DNA from: Syntrophorhabdaceae bacterium
Lineage (GTDB): Bacteria > Desulfobacterota > Syntrophorhabdia > Syntrophorhabdales > Syntrophorhabdaceae
NCBI GenBank assembly: GCA_963665295.1
Contig: OY762209.1
Location: 5,065,536-5,129,535 of the forward strand
Direction: 5' to 3'
DNA length: 64,000 bases
A program made the position numbers and the translations under genes. Shown in pieces: positions 1-10,200 of the stretch. Position 1 is the first letter of the stretch. Each line of letters starts with the position of its first letter. Under the pieces are notes generated by a model. It saw nothing but the letters and a program-made list of their open reading frames with translations, ran no database searches and had not been told where the DNA came from.

Positions 1-94
1 GCCCGTGAAGGCGGGCGCAATCTCCTTCGTAGCCCCTCAAGGCGTGGGCAGCGGAAAAACTGGTTTCCGTGTAGATTTCATACAGACCGGGCAT
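1..94 (-). CDS. queD: 6-carboxytetrahydropterin synthase (QueD/PTPS family). Only the N-terminal 31 codons are present; the gene runs off the left edge.
   Basis: Minus-strand ATG at 94 follows a GGAAGGGAG SD-like tract. The translation MPGLYEIYTETSFSAAHALRGYEGDCARLHG matches the conserved QueD N-terminus (FSAAH...G.C..LHG). It is absent from the ORF track because the window edge truncates it. Confidence 0.55.
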   Translation of the reverse strand, partial: MPGLYEIYTETSFSAAHALRGYEGDCARLHG

Positions 95-346
95 AAGCTC
101 CCTTCCTTCCTTCGTCACCCTGGGGTGCCCCTATGGTGTACCATATTTTTGCTGCAATTTCTGAGATTTTGTGGTCACCGGGTTCGGGCGGGTCCGCATT
201 TCCGCCACGCAAATCCCCTTAAGCAAACCGCCCGGCCGGCCGACAACAGTATTGGTGCATGACCGGGTTCATGCGCCGGCGCAAGGGACGAAAGGGGCTC
301 CATGGCACCAGCCCGGGAAGGTAACAAAAATAACAGGGAGGGTTTT

Positions 347-1960
347 ATGACTTTGCAGAACGTGCGCATCGGGAAAAGGCTCGTGGGAGGATATCTCATA
401 TTCATCGTGATTATGCTGGTCCTTTGCATCATAAGCTTCAAGAACGCGAGTGACGTCAACAACAAAGCGAATGAAATCACCAACATCACCTTTGAAAAGG
501 CGATGCTCGCAAATACCACCCTTATAAACCTGCAAACTATCGACAAAGAAATGATGAAGGCCGTATACACAAAAGACAAAGCACCCCTGCAGGTGGTGGC
601 GGAAAGCAGAAAACAATATCGGGCTTCCCTCGAAAAGATCGAACAGATGGAAACGACTCAGCAAGGCAAGGAGATCATCGCCAAACTCAAGACCGCCGTT
701 GCGGAGGGCAGAGAGTCGAACATGAAGCTCGCCAAAATGCTGGACGAAAACAACTGGACCGAAGCAGTTCCCTTCTACCACGCGAATGTCGAGCCCCCGA
801 TCAAGAAATTCCTCCAGATCGTGGGCGAGCTCGCAAGATACCAGGGACAGGGCGTCCAGCAGAAGTACACGGAGATCCTGCAGGGTAACCAGCGCGTCCG
901 GATATTGCTCGTTACCGTGGGGGTGATCTCTCTCATCCTCTGCGTGGTGGTCAGCTTCGTGCTCACCCGTAGTATCGTGGTGCCCATCCAGAAGAACATC
1001 GAGGTAGCGAAGACCCTCGCCGAAGGCAACCTGTCCGTGGACATTATCACGGACCGCAAGGATGAATTCGGCGATGAGATGCGGGCATTCAAACTCATGG
1101 TGGAAAAATGGAAGGTCCTCATTACCGAGGTCAAGGGCTCCGCCGCGAGCGTTGCCTCCGCGAGCCACGAACTGAGCGCGAGCGCAGAGCAGTTGGCCGG
1201 CGGTGCGTCGGCCCAGGTAGAGCGGACCATCCAGGTATCCACCGCCTCTGAACAGATGTCCCAAGCTTCTCTCGATATTGCCAAGAATGCGAACAATATA
1301 TCCGATTCGGCAAAAGACATGGTCAGCACGGCGCAGAACGGTAACGGGATTGTGGCGAAATCGGTGGAAGAAGTGAAGGAGATCGCGAGGACGGTCCACA
1401 AATCGGCGGACTTCGTAAAAGAACTCGGGGATCAGTCGGGAAAGATAGGCGAGATAGTCCTCGTCATCAATGAAATCGCCGACCAGACAAACCTCCTCGC
1501 CCTGAACGCGGCCATTGAGGCGGCTCGGGCGGGTGAAGCAGGCAGGGGCTTTGCAGTGGTGGCCGATGAAGTAAAGAAGCTTGCCGAGAGGACGAGCAAG
1601 TCGACCCAGGAGATCGGCGGCATGATCAATGCCATAAAGTCGGGCGTGGACCGGGCAGTGGAATCCATGGGAGAGGCCTCGGAAAAGGTGAAGACCGGCG
1701 TACAGCTTTCCAGCGAGGCAGGCATGGCCCTGAGCGAGATCGTAAGCAGTTCCTCCAACCTTCAATCCATGGTGCAGCAGATTGCCACGGCCATAGAAGA
1801 AATGAACTCCACCACGGATGAAATAGCGAAAGACATAGAACAGGTTGCCGCCGTGACAAGGGACTCTTCGAGCGCGGCGGAACAGGTGACCCATGCGGCC
1901 CTCGATCTCTCCACCCTGTCCGTCACCCTGGAAAACTCCGTAAGCGGGTTCAAGGTGTAA
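347..1960 (+). CDS. methyl-accepting chemotaxis protein (TM, periplasmic region, TM, HAMP, MCP signalling domain)
   Basis: ATG 347 has a GGGAGGG SD 5 nt upstream (the track ORF starts at 302). It carries the conserved MCP hairpin [41 protein letters not shown] and two hydrophobic segments. Confidence 0.9.
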   Translation: MTLQNVRIGKRLVGGYLIFIVIMLVLCIISFKNASDVNNKANEITNITFEKAMLANTTLINLQTIDKEMMKAVYTKDKAPLQVVAESRKQYRASLEKIEQMETTQQGKEIIAKLKTAVAEGRESNMKLAKMLDENNWTEAVPFYHANVEPPIKKFLQIVGELARYQGQGVQQKYTEILQGNQRVRILLVTVGVISLILCVVVSFVLTRSIVVPIQKNIEVAKTLAEGNLSVDIITDRKDEFGDEMRAFKLMVEKWKVLITEVKGSAASVASASHELSASAEQLAGGASAQVERTIQVSTASEQMSQASLDIAKNANNISDSAKDMVSTAQNGNGIVAKSVEEVKEIARTVHKSADFVKELGDQSGKIGEIVLVINEIADQTNLLALNAAIEAARAGEAGRGFAVVADEVKKLAERTSKSTQEIGGMINAIKSGVDRAVESMGEASEKVKTGVQLSSEAGMALSEIVSSSSNLQSMVQQIATAIEEMNSTTDEIAKDIEQVAAVTRDSSSAAEQVTHAALDLSTLSVTLENSVSGFKV

Positions 1961-1990
1961 AAGACCGGGAACACCCGGGTTGTGATGTTC

Positions 1991-2026
1991 CAGGAGGGCC
2001 TCAGCGCAGTTGCGGAGGCCCTCCTG
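1991..2026 (+). terminator. GC-rich hairpin 30 nt after the MCP stop codon
   Basis: Perfect 12-bp arms CAGGAGGGCCTC / GAGGCCCTCCTG, with an inner CGCA/TGCG extension. There is no clear U-tract, so intrinsic-terminator status is uncertain. Confidence 0.4.
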
Positions 2027-2081
2027 TCCGTTCCCGTCCGCGGTATTCTCCAGCAGCCCGGAGGACATCCGCCAGAATAAC

Positions 2082-2110
2082 TTGCATTTTTTTTTGCTTT
2101 GTGCGATACT
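2082..2110 (+). promoter_or_regulatory. sigma70-like promoter for the cold-shock gene, giving a long 5' UTR
   Basis: TTGCAT (2082-2087), 17-nt T-rich spacer, GATACT (2105-2110). This would give a ~115-nt leader, as is typical for csp genes. Confidence 0.35.
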
Positions 2111-2229
2111 ATATCACGAAGTCGTACCGGAACTGGTTGTTAGTAGTAACCGCAGAAATGAACGTTTTTGTCGTCTCTTCGTAACTCAACTCCGTATGCT
2201 TCAAATTCTAAATAAAGAGGTATGTCTAC

Positions 2230-2430
2230 ATGGCAAAAGGTACAGTGAAGTGGTTCAACGATGCAAAGGGTTTCGGCTTTATCACGAAAGATGACGGATC
2301 GGATGTATTTGTCCATTATTCCGCGATCAAGACTGACGGCTTCAAATCCCTCACCGAGGGCGACGAAGTGAATTTTGACGTAGTGAGCGGCCCCAAAGGC
2401 CCCGCTGCTGCGAACGTAGTAAGAGGCTAG
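2230..2430 (+). CDS. cold-shock protein, CspA family (66 aa)
   Basis: [18 protein letters not shown]...DVFVHYSAI contains the RNP-1 (KGFGFI) and RNP-2 (VFVHY) motifs. AAAGAGG SD upstream. Confidence 0.95.
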   Translation: MAKGTVKWFNDAKGFGFITKDDGSDVFVHYSAIKTDGFKSLTEGDEVNFDVVSGPKGPAAANVVRG

Positions 2431-2443
2431 ACTTAGTCCTCTG

Positions 2444-2480
2444 GAGCAGGTCTGGACCCGTTCAGACCTGCTCTTTTTTT
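2444..2480 (+). terminator. rho-independent terminator of the csp gene
   Basis: GAGCAGGTCTG - 8-nt loop - CAGACCTGCTC, followed by TTTTTTT. Confidence 0.8.
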
Positions 2481-2816
2481 ATCTACCCGCCGAACATCTT
2501 GAATTCCACCTTCATCCCTATCTTCTCTCCGCACAGGACGGACCCGAAACGCCGTCGGTCGCATGGAAAAAACACCCGAGCAGGAAAATACGCGAACACC
2601 CCACCCTCCGCTGTGGCATAGTCTCCCACTGGCGCTGACTTAAACAGAGGGCGACCGGTAGAAGACGGCCGGGGAGGACCGCCAATCCGGACAAAGGGCG
2701 CCCGCGCCGGAACAGGCACGGGCAGTTCTTCGTAGCTCGGAATTTTGGAATTGCGCGTGTTTCGGCTTCGTGTTATCCTGTCTTTAAAGCAAATAAACCA
2801 GTCCAGGGGGACAAGA

Positions 2817-5267
2817 ATGAGTGAGAGGACATGCGGATGTCTTTCAAATTCCAGATCAACAGGAAGATGGGCGGGGGCATGGTCGATCATCCTCTTCCTG
2901 TTTCTCGGCATGGCCGCCGGTTCCTTCCCGTTGCCGGCCTGTGCCGGGACACAGGGCCCTTCCGGTACGGACGCCCTGATCCGGGTGGAAGTAAAAGGAC
3001 CGGTTGAGACCCTTGGTGTGCCCGTTTATGCCAACCTCCTCGACGGGGCGGGTAATGAATATATCCTGACCATGGCTCCCCCGGAGTATGTTGCCCGTGC
3101 GGGTCTTGCTCATCAGGTCATCGATACCGCCGTTTCCCCCGGCGCTTATTTTCTGGCCCTCGAACGACGGAAGGGCGCGCGTGCGGCGGCCCAGGGGAAG
3201 TTTACCATAATGTTCGACGACGGACTCCGTATCCTGGTGAAGGGCGGAACCGGGACGGCCGATAGACTGGCGTCGTTAGGCTTCGATATCAAGGCACTGC
3301 CCACTGAACCGATCGTCCTGAAGGCACCGCGCCTTGCCGTGGAGCCGAAACTCGCCCTCGCCTATGACCAGCGCGTGGCCGACATGATCAGCCAGGTTGA
3401 AGAAGGGGCGCTTTACGAAGAGGTGGGCAACCTTTCGGGCGAGAACTTCGTCATGGTCGGAGGCAGTCCGTATACCTTCGAGACACGGCACACCGAATCA
3501 GGCATACCTATCAGGAAGGCGACGCAGTATGTGAACGAGCGCCTGACGGCGATGGGGCTCAAGGTCTCCTACAATGACTGGTCGTTGGGAGGGCTCTCGG
3601 GGCGAAACGTTGTCGGCGAAAAGACGGGCAAGGCGAAACCTACGGAGATATTCCTCATCACCTGTCATCTTGACGACATGCCCGATTCCGGTCGGGCTCC
3701 CGGCGCCGACGACAATGGCTCGGGCTGTGCGGCCCTCCTCACGGCAGCGAGGATCATGAGTTCGTCCACCTTCGATCGCACGGTGCGGTTTGTCTTCTTT
3801 ACCGGCGAAGAGCAGGGGCTGTTCGGAAGCGCCATTTACGCAACAGCGGCCCACTCGGCCAATGAAGATATTGTGGCGGTCTACAACATGGACATGATCA
3901 GTTGGGACGCCGAAAACGGGCCTACCCTGAGGCTCCACACCCGCACTTCGGGCAATCCCGGCTATAGTGCGGACCTCGCCATCGCCAATACCTTTTCCGA
4001 TGTGGTCTCAACCTACGGCCTTTCAGAGAACCTTACGCCCATCATCACGTCCGACGGAGAGGAGGCGTCCGACCATTCCAGTTTCTGGGACAAGGGGTAC
4101 GCCGCAATACTTGCCATCGAAGACGACTATGATGATTTCACTCCCTATTACCACACCCCCAACGACACCCTGCAGAGTCTCAATATGGCCTACTTCACCA
4201 ATTATGCCGGGGCATCCGTAGGCGCCGCCGCCCATCTCGCGATCTTGTCCGAAAGTTCGGAGACTGCGTTGCACGTCATCAGGGCAGGCACCGGTTCAGG
4301 TACGGTGACCAGCGCTCCCGCGGGCATCCGTTGCGGGTCCGCATGCTCGGCTTCCTTTACCCCGGGCACTTCCGTAACCCTTACCGCCGCGCCTTCCAGA
4401 GGATCGGCCTTTGCCGGCTGGTCGGGAGGATGTGCCGGTTCGTCCGCCTCGTGCACGGTTGTCGTGAACGGCGAGATAGGGGTGACCGCTACCTTCGAAA
4501 AGGAGTACAAATTCACCGCCGCAAAGAAGAAGGTGAACGCCGGTGATGGAACGATCACCTCCGCCGACGGCGAGATCAATTGCGGGACCACGTGCAGTAC
4601 CCTGTACCATGCCAATACTCTTGTCACCCTCTTCGCGGTTCCTGTGGACTATTCCACTTTCGCGGGATGGAGCAGTCCCTGCTCGGGAACGGATCCGTGC
4701 AATGTGACTATAGACAAGGCAATGACGGTGCGCGCGACCTTTGTGGGACCGCAAACATTGACAGTGCGGAAACAAAAGGTAAGTAACGGCACCGGAGCAA
4801 TCACCAGCGATCCGCCCGGCATAAGCTGCGGCACGGATTGCTCATCCGCCTCCTGGAAACAGTTTCTCTTTCAGCAGCAGGTGACCCTCACCGCCGTCGC
4901 AGATGAGGGTTCCGTCTTCTCCGGATGGTCCCCCTCCTCCATATGTTCGGGCACAGGGACGTGCGCGGTCACCATGGACAAGGCAAAAACCGTTACCGCA
5001 AAGTTTGTGGGACCCCAGATGCTCACAGTGAGGAAGGTATCAGCGAGTAAGGGAACGGGAACGGTGACAGGGCCCGGCGGCATCGACTGCGGGGAGACCT
5101 GCAAGGCGGGCTTCACCTATGACAGCGAGGTGACCCTCACCGCCGTCGCAGATGAGGGTTCCGCCTTCTCCGGATGGTCCCCTTCCTCCATATGTTCGGG
5201 CACAGGGACGTGCACGGTCACCATGGACAAAGCAAGGACCGTAACCGCAAAGTTTACCGGGGAATAG
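2817..5267 (+). CDS. secreted M28-family metallo-aminopeptidase with four C-terminal Cys-containing B-repeat modules
   Basis: ATG 2817 is followed by a hydrophobic signal segment (WSIILFLFLGMAAGSF..ACAG). M28 zinc-ligand context is present: LITCHLDD, GADDNGSG, FFTGEEQGLFGS, YHTPNDT. Four ~80-aa repeats follow, with the pattern G.G.V.S.P.GI.CG..C...VTLTA.....F.GWS..C.G...C.V.M....V.A.F. As I recall, this resembles the divergent InlB B-repeat (Pfam Flg_new_2). Confidence 0.85.
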   Translation: MSERTCGCLSNSRSTGRWAGAWSIILFLFLGMAAGSFPLPACAGTQGPSGTDALIRVEVKGPVETLGVPVYANLLDGAGNEYILTMAPPEYVARAGLAHQVIDTAVSPGAYFLALERRKGARAAAQGKFTIMFDDGLRILVKGGTGTADRLASLGFDIKALPTEPIVLKAPRLAVEPKLALAYDQRVADMISQVEEGALYEEVGNLSGENFVMVGGSPYTFETRHTESGIPIRKATQYVNERLTAMGLKVSYNDWSLGGLSGRNVVGEKTGKAKPTEIFLITCHLDDMPDSGRAPGADDNGSGCAALLTAARIMSSSTFDRTVRFVFFTGEEQGLFGSAIYATAAHSANEDIVAVYNMDMISWDAENGPTLRLHTRTSGNPGYSADLAIANTFSDVVSTYGLSENLTPIITSDGEEASDHSSFWDKGYAAILAIEDDYDDFTPYYHTPNDTLQSLNMAYFTNYAGASVGAAAHLAILSESSETALHVIRAGTGSGTVTSAPAGIRCGSACSASFTPGTSVTLTAAPSRGSAFAGWSGGCAGSSASCTVVVNGEIGVTATFEKEYKFTAAKKKVNAGDGTITSADGEINCGTTCSTLYHANTLVTLFAVPVDYSTFAGWSSPCSGTDPCNVTIDKAMTVRATFVGPQTLTVRKQKVSNGTGAITSDPPGISCGTDCSSASWKQFLFQQQVTLTAVADEGSVFSGWSPSSICSGTGTCAVTMDKAKTVTAKFVGPQMLTVRKVSASKGTGTVTGPGGIDCGETCKAGFTYDSEVTLTAVADEGSAFSGWSPSSICSGTGTCTVTMDKARTVTAKFTGE
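4881..5255 (+). repeat. intragenic tandem duplication in the M28 peptidase gene (249-bp period)
   Basis: 4881-5006 and 5130-5255 differ at about 7 of 126 nt (~94% identity). The other B-repeat modules of the same protein are far more diverged. Confidence 0.85.
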
Positions 5268-5311
5268 AGAATGGGAGGCATATCATAGGCAGGGAGAACG
5301 CCGGAAAGAAG

Positions 5312-5461
5312 ATCGAGAGTCTGTGGTCGGTCTGGCGGCAAGATGACAATGGTAATGTATTCCCGGTGAGAAGCGACCTCACGGAGCAGGATGCATTGAA
5401 GCTTGTACGGGAATTCGAAGAAGAAGGCCACAAACAGACATACTGGGTGAAGCCGGCCTGA
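5312..5461 (+). CDS. small conserved hypothetical protein (...SLWSVWRQDDNGNVFPV...EEEGHKQTYWVKPA); start codon unresolved
   Basis: The WRQDDNGN...HKQTYW pattern matches a widespread ~50-aa bacterial protein, from memory. There is no ATG/GTG/TTG in frame between the upstream stop (5267) and the conserved part. Candidate starts are ATC 5312, CTG 5321, or ATG 5174 with a 94-nt overlap of the peptidase gene. Confidence 0.4.
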   Translation: MESLWSVWRQDDNGNVFPVRSDLTEQDALKLVREFEEEGHKQTYWVKPA

Positions 5462-5560
5462 TATCCAGGGAGGCTTCGCCGCCGGACTGTACGGGCCTAT
5501 GGCCGGTCCGAAGATCTCTCCGTCCGGAGGTCGAAGCGCGGTCCGCCTTCAAACGCGGGA

Positions 5561-6322
5561 TCAAAACACGAACAGGTCAAGACCGCCCATCATGTTCATA
5601 ATAGCGCCGGTCATGTACGCGGCTTTGTCCGATACCACCCAGGCTACGGCGTCTGCTACCTCCTGAGGAGCCGCGGGTCTGCGGAAGGCCGTCCTTCTTT
5701 CAATAGCCTGACGTGCCGGCTCGGGGAGCCGGTCATGGCAGTCTGTCGCGCTTATTCCTATAAGAACGCTGTTCGCCGTGATATTGAACTTCGCTCCTTC
5801 CAGGGCCGCCGACTTCGCGAGGGCAATGAGACCCGCCTTGGAAGCTGCGTAACTCGACTGTCCGGCCCCGCCCATGACGCCCGCGACGGACGTCATATTG
5901 ACGATACGGCCATAGTTGCCGGCGCGCATGTCGGCCCACGCCTCCTTGATGCAATAAAAGGCGGAGCTGAGACAGAGTTTTACCTCATAGTCCCACTCTT
6001 CGACGGTGGTCTTCGCTATGCTCACGTTGTGGCCCATGAGGGCCGCATTGTTTACGAGAATGTTCACAGAACCCATTTCCGCTTTGATGGCGGCAAATCC
6101 CCTTGCCACGTCCGCCGCATCGCTCGCATCCATTTGGATGGCCAACGATTTCCGCCCCATGGCCCTGATCTCTCCGGCGAGGATCTCCGCCCCCTCCATG
6201 TGGTGAAAACCCGTTACCACCACGTCCGCCCCCTCCTTCGCAAGAGTGAGCGCGACAGACCTCCCGATGCCTTTCGGCATCGAAGCGCCCGTAACCAGTG
6301 CAAGTTTTCCTTCTAACGGCAT
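5561..6322 (-). CDS. SDR-family oxidoreductase (FabG-like 3-oxoacyl reductase)
   Basis: N-terminal KLALVTGAS..GIGRS Rossmann motif, NNAA, and the catalytic S...YAASKAG motif. Confidence 0.9.
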   Translation of the reverse strand: MPLEGKLALVTGASMPKGIGRSVALTLAKEGADVVVTGFHHMEGAEILAGEIRAMGRKSLAIQMDASDAADVARGFAAIKAEMGSVNILVNNAALMGHNVSIAKTTVEEWDYEVKLCLSSAFYCIKEAWADMRAGNYGRIVNMTSVAGVMGGAGQSSYAASKAGLIALAKSAALEGAKFNITANSVLIGISATDCHDRLPEPARQAIERRTAFRRPAAPQEVADAVAWVVSDKAAYMTGAIMNMMGGLDLFVF

Positions 6323-6453
6323 GGCGACCTCCTGTACAATGAATTTGTGATAGGTTCTACCTAGCGAACTTAAGTTCTTTAGAACGTATCATGACGTGCA
6401 GGAAGTGTCAAGGAGAATTGACTATCCGGGGAAAGGGGGGGATCGGAAAGATT

Positions 6454-6477
6454 CCGGGAGGGAAGGCTCCCTCCCGG
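6454..6477 (-). terminator. hairpin just downstream of the multicopper oxidase stop codon
   Basis: Perfect 10-bp stem CCGGGAGGGA / TCCCTCCCGG with a 4-nt loop, 22 nt beyond the stop at 6499. The U-tract on the minus strand is weak. Confidence 0.45.
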
Positions 6478-6498
6478 ATATGTGCGAGTTGACGTGGT

Positions 6499-9400
6499 TT
6501 ACGGCAGCGTGGTGCCGGCGACTACGTTGCTATACGCGCTGGAACCGTCGGCATTGTACGCGACAACCCGGAACCAGTAGGTCTTGTTTTTCGATAACCC
6601 GGTGCTTGTGTAGGTGAATGTATTGGCTTTCGTTGTTCCCACCTGAGCGAATCCCGAGGTAGCGGAGGAACTGCTTCTCTGGATCTTGAAGCCCGTCTGA
6701 TTGGTGGCGTTGTTGGTCCAGGAGATCGTAATGGAGTTGGACGTGGAGCTGACCCAGGTCAGGTTCGACGGGGCTATGGGCAGCTGACCCACGGTGGTGG
6801 CCGACGCGGTGCCGGACCATGCGGAATTCCCTATCCCGTTAAAGGCAAGCACCCTGTAATAGTATTTGGTTTTGAGGACGACCGTGCTGTCCGTGTATGT
6901 CGTTACCCCTGCTCCCACGGTGAAAGTGGTGATACCTGCGGTGAAGCTGCTGTTCGTCGCCCTCTGAATGAGGAACCCTGTCTCGTTGGTGGAGTTGTCT
7001 TTCCAGGTCAGGACCATCGAAGGCGGGTTCACGCTTACCGCCGACGACTTGGCTGTCAGGCTCGACGGGGCTGTCGGAGCGCCTGTTATCGGTCCCGGCA
7101 CCGTCACGACCGCGGTGTTTGAAGCCGCTGAATTGCCTGCGGCGTTGTAACCGATGATGCGGTACGTAAATTTGCTGGATGGTACGACCGTGGTGTCCAC
7201 ATAAGTCGTCACATTAGCACCGACCGTCCCTATGACCGCAAAGGCCTGACTTCCGGTGGACCGCTCTATCCTGAAGCCTATCTCGTTGCCGGCATTGCCC
7301 ATGGAAGTAGCCGGAGGCGTGGGATCGGTCCAGGCGAGGCTGACCTGAGACCCTGACAACGACGCGGTGAGGCCCGTGGGCGCGGGAGGAATCGTTGCCG
7401 TATACTGCATCACAAGGGGACGCATCATATCATTTTCTTCATGACCCAGCAGGTGGCAATGCCACACATATTCCCAACCGAAGTTCGTGATCACGTTCGC
7501 CACAACGATGGGGAGATTGTTCGGGTCTACATTGGTAAAGGGACACGCCGTGGAGCCCACGGGGCATGTCACGTCAAGAGGACGGGAGCTTTCGGGAATC
7601 CCGAAGGGAAGAGCAGGCGACGCGGCCTTGGCAGCCACTACGATGTCTTCCAGAGGGTTCATCCTGACCGTCTCCTTCCAGCCTAGTTCATTCGCGTCCG
7701 GAGGTCTTATCCCTCCATCCCAACCGACCCGGTTGATTACCTGTACGTTGACCAGGTGAAAATGGACGGAATGGGTGTCAACACCGTTATGGGTGATCTT
7801 CCAGATCTGGGTTTCACCGTCCGCTACCATCTCGGTGGTAGGATCAATGTATCCGTATGGGATCGTGGTCTGGATCACCGCGGTGGTAAAGGGCAGTTCC
7901 ACACCCAGGGTTGAATTCATCCTCCCGTACTCAACTTCGAAAAGCTCCTGTATGGCCTTGCTCTTCATCACCATGGTTACCGGTGTAGTCGAGCCGTAGG
8001 GGGTGAACGTCAGGGAGGTGTCCTGGATACGGGCATACGTGTCGGTTGGGGCGCTGTATGGCGCCGGATATGTCGTTTGAGGTATGACAGGCGGTGGCTG
8101 GGACGCCACATAGGCGGTCGTCAAAGCGGCGCTGTCAAGGGTGAATGGAGCGGGGGTGCCTGCTGCGACCCGGAACTGCATAACGGTCCGCGTATTCGGC
8201 CCATAACCCGCTGCCGTCGGCGGGGTGCCTCCCATCCAGGTGTTATCCGGACCACCCGTGTAATAGTCGAACCGCGGGTCAAAGGCCGGGACCGGCGCAG
8301 GTGCATCATTATAAAGAATGACCGTTTGCCCTGCAAAAGCCGAGAAATCTATGATTACGTCCGCCCGCTCGGCGGGACCCATGAAAAGGGTCTTGTTCGA
8401 AACGTTAAGAACTACGACGCTCCTCCGATTATACTCATAGTTTACCGGTTGGTTGGGAAGGATTGCCGGTTTAGACAGAAGGCCTCCTTCGCTGCCGATC
8501 TGGATCATCTGAGGGCCTGCTGTTGCAGGATCGGGCACGCCCCCGGCCCTCCCGTCCGTGGGCCACGTCGAAGGGAAACATCCCGTGGGCGAGAATGAGG
8601 TGGTGCAGACGCAGTTCGTAACGACCGTCGCGGAACAGTTGGCCCGAGGGACCGCCTCCACCATCTTTATTTCCGAAGGATACCCGGAGGGTCCCACGGG
8701 GACTGTGGTGTCGGCGACATACAACTGCACATTGGGGTTACGGTCGTTGGACCCGTTCAGTATCCTGAACCGGTACGCCTGGGACTGCACATTGAGATAG
8801 GGGTACGCGGTACCGTTCACCACCATGGTGTCCATAAAACCTTCGGGTACGCCTGAAGGCTGCGGCAGCACGGGGTTGTTCACAGGGAACACGGGCCAGA
8901 ACCAGGGGCCGTAATCCCATCTGCCGAAGTTATTGGAGCCGCTCAAATCCGGGTTGGAGGGCCACTGGTTCGTCTCGTACACATGGGGCAACCAGAGTTC
9001 ACCGTACGACCCCCAGGTCCAAAGGGAATCCTGGACCCCCACATCCTTGGGCACGAAGGACTTGTCCTGGATTATCAGAGGAATACCATAGCGGTACACG
9101 GCAGGCATGGAGGCGCCCGGGATCTTTCCGCTGCTGATCAATGCCTCCTCCTGAGGGTCCGTGAGCAGGTACCCTGCCACCTCGCCGGCATAGACGTTGA
9201 GGCGGGTCATGCCATAGGTATGGTCGTGGTACCACATGAGCCTGCTGCTCTGCTGGTTGGGAAGGTAAAGAGTGGCCTATACCGTCGGTCGAGGTGGGCT
9301 TCGGGATCAATGTCCCCGTGCCCGCCATGTCGGGCACATTCTGGAAACTCAGGCCCTTCGGATAATGCTGTTTATCCCCCACAGGGGTAATCCACTGGTG

Positions 9401-10036
9401 GGGTGTGCCGTCGCTGATCCACGGGTTGAACCCCCCATGGAGATGGATGTTGGCCCGGTTCTGTGAGTAAAGACCTCCTGTGGCCCCGTCCGGCCCCATT
9501 CCTGCCCCCATATAGGTGGTATCCACAGGAAGAAAAAGGTTGCCCGCAAAGCCCAAGCCAAGACGGTTCTCGAATCTTATACGCACCGGTTTTCCGTTTC
9601 CCGCCACGCCCGCGGGCTTGGTGGGATCATATCGTTTCGCTACTATAAGAGGTCCGAGGTACTGGGATGTATGATCCGTTCCATTGATCTGGTAGTAACC
9701 CCTGAGCTTGGTGCCGGTTCCGAAGCCGTCGGCGGTTAAAGGCAGGTCGGAATGCATGCGCGCCCTGTAATCCTTGAGCCCGATTACATAGTAATCCGCG
9801 TCCGGATAGGTCGTGGTATCGGGAACCGCGACGGGGATATATTGACCCAGATTGTTTGCGTTGGTAGCCCCAAGTCCCGCAAGGCTGTCCACAAATTTTC
9901 TCATAGCCGTGCCGGAATCGCTTGTGGCGCCGCACACCCCTGCGGCGTTGCAGCATCTCCACACGCCCGCGGGGCTGTTGGCAAAAAATGTGCCGCCGCT
10001 CGGCGTCGCCGCCGCCTCCGGGGCCGGGTTGCCCAC
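6499..10036 (-). pseudogene. OmpB-like multicopper oxidase with three C-terminal fibronectin type III domains, interrupted by a +1 frameshift near 9274-9279
   Basis: The N-terminal frame (10036 down to ~9277) carries NIHLHGG. The C-terminal frame (9276-6499) carries LMWYHDH, HSVHFHLVN and HCHLLGHEENDMM. The C-terminal frame is closed by TAG (9277-9279) immediately upstream of ATLYLPNQQSSRLMWYHDH. Removing one G/C from the GGCC at 9274-9277 would restore ...TSTDGIATLYLPNQQ.... There are three FN3 repeats (GF.IERS/IQRA/IQRS ... Y.YR/FRV..N..G.S). No signal peptide follows the first available start (GTG 10036). Confidence 0.75.
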
Positions 10037-10184
10037 CCGCGGACCTCCCCAATTTACAGGAAAGCAAGGTGAGTTTTCGCCGGCCGGGGGGTTCTCGCCG
10101 ATGTATACATCCTTTCCGTCAAAGCGGAACCGGGAGGCGCGGACAGGACTTCTCCGGGGGCGGTTGCCCCTTTCCCCACAAAAA

Positions 10185-10193
10185 TGGTATACT
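10185..10193 (+). promoter_or_regulatory. extended -10 element (TGGTATACT) directly upstream of the uvrA start
   Basis: TGnTATACT ends 7 nt before the only plausible uvrA start (GTG 10201), and no SD is visible. Confidence 0.3.
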
Positions 10194-10200
10194 CCTTGCA

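Noticed and set aside
5-262. 85-aa plus-strand ORF at the left edge.
   Set aside because: It overlaps the clearly recognisable queD N-terminus on the minus strand, it has no SD, and its composition is implausible.
269-2068. Very long antisense ORFs opposite well-supported genes. Examples: 269-2068(-) opposite the MCP, 17978-18862(+) opposite argG, 33311-34573(+) opposite the rSAM gene, 50596-52035(+) opposite recJ, and 42980-43921(+) opposite the propeller protein.
   Set aside because: Their Arg/Gly/His/Pro-rich composition is typical of the wrong frame in GC-rich DNA. They have no SD and no recognisable motifs, while the opposite strand carries strong family signatures.
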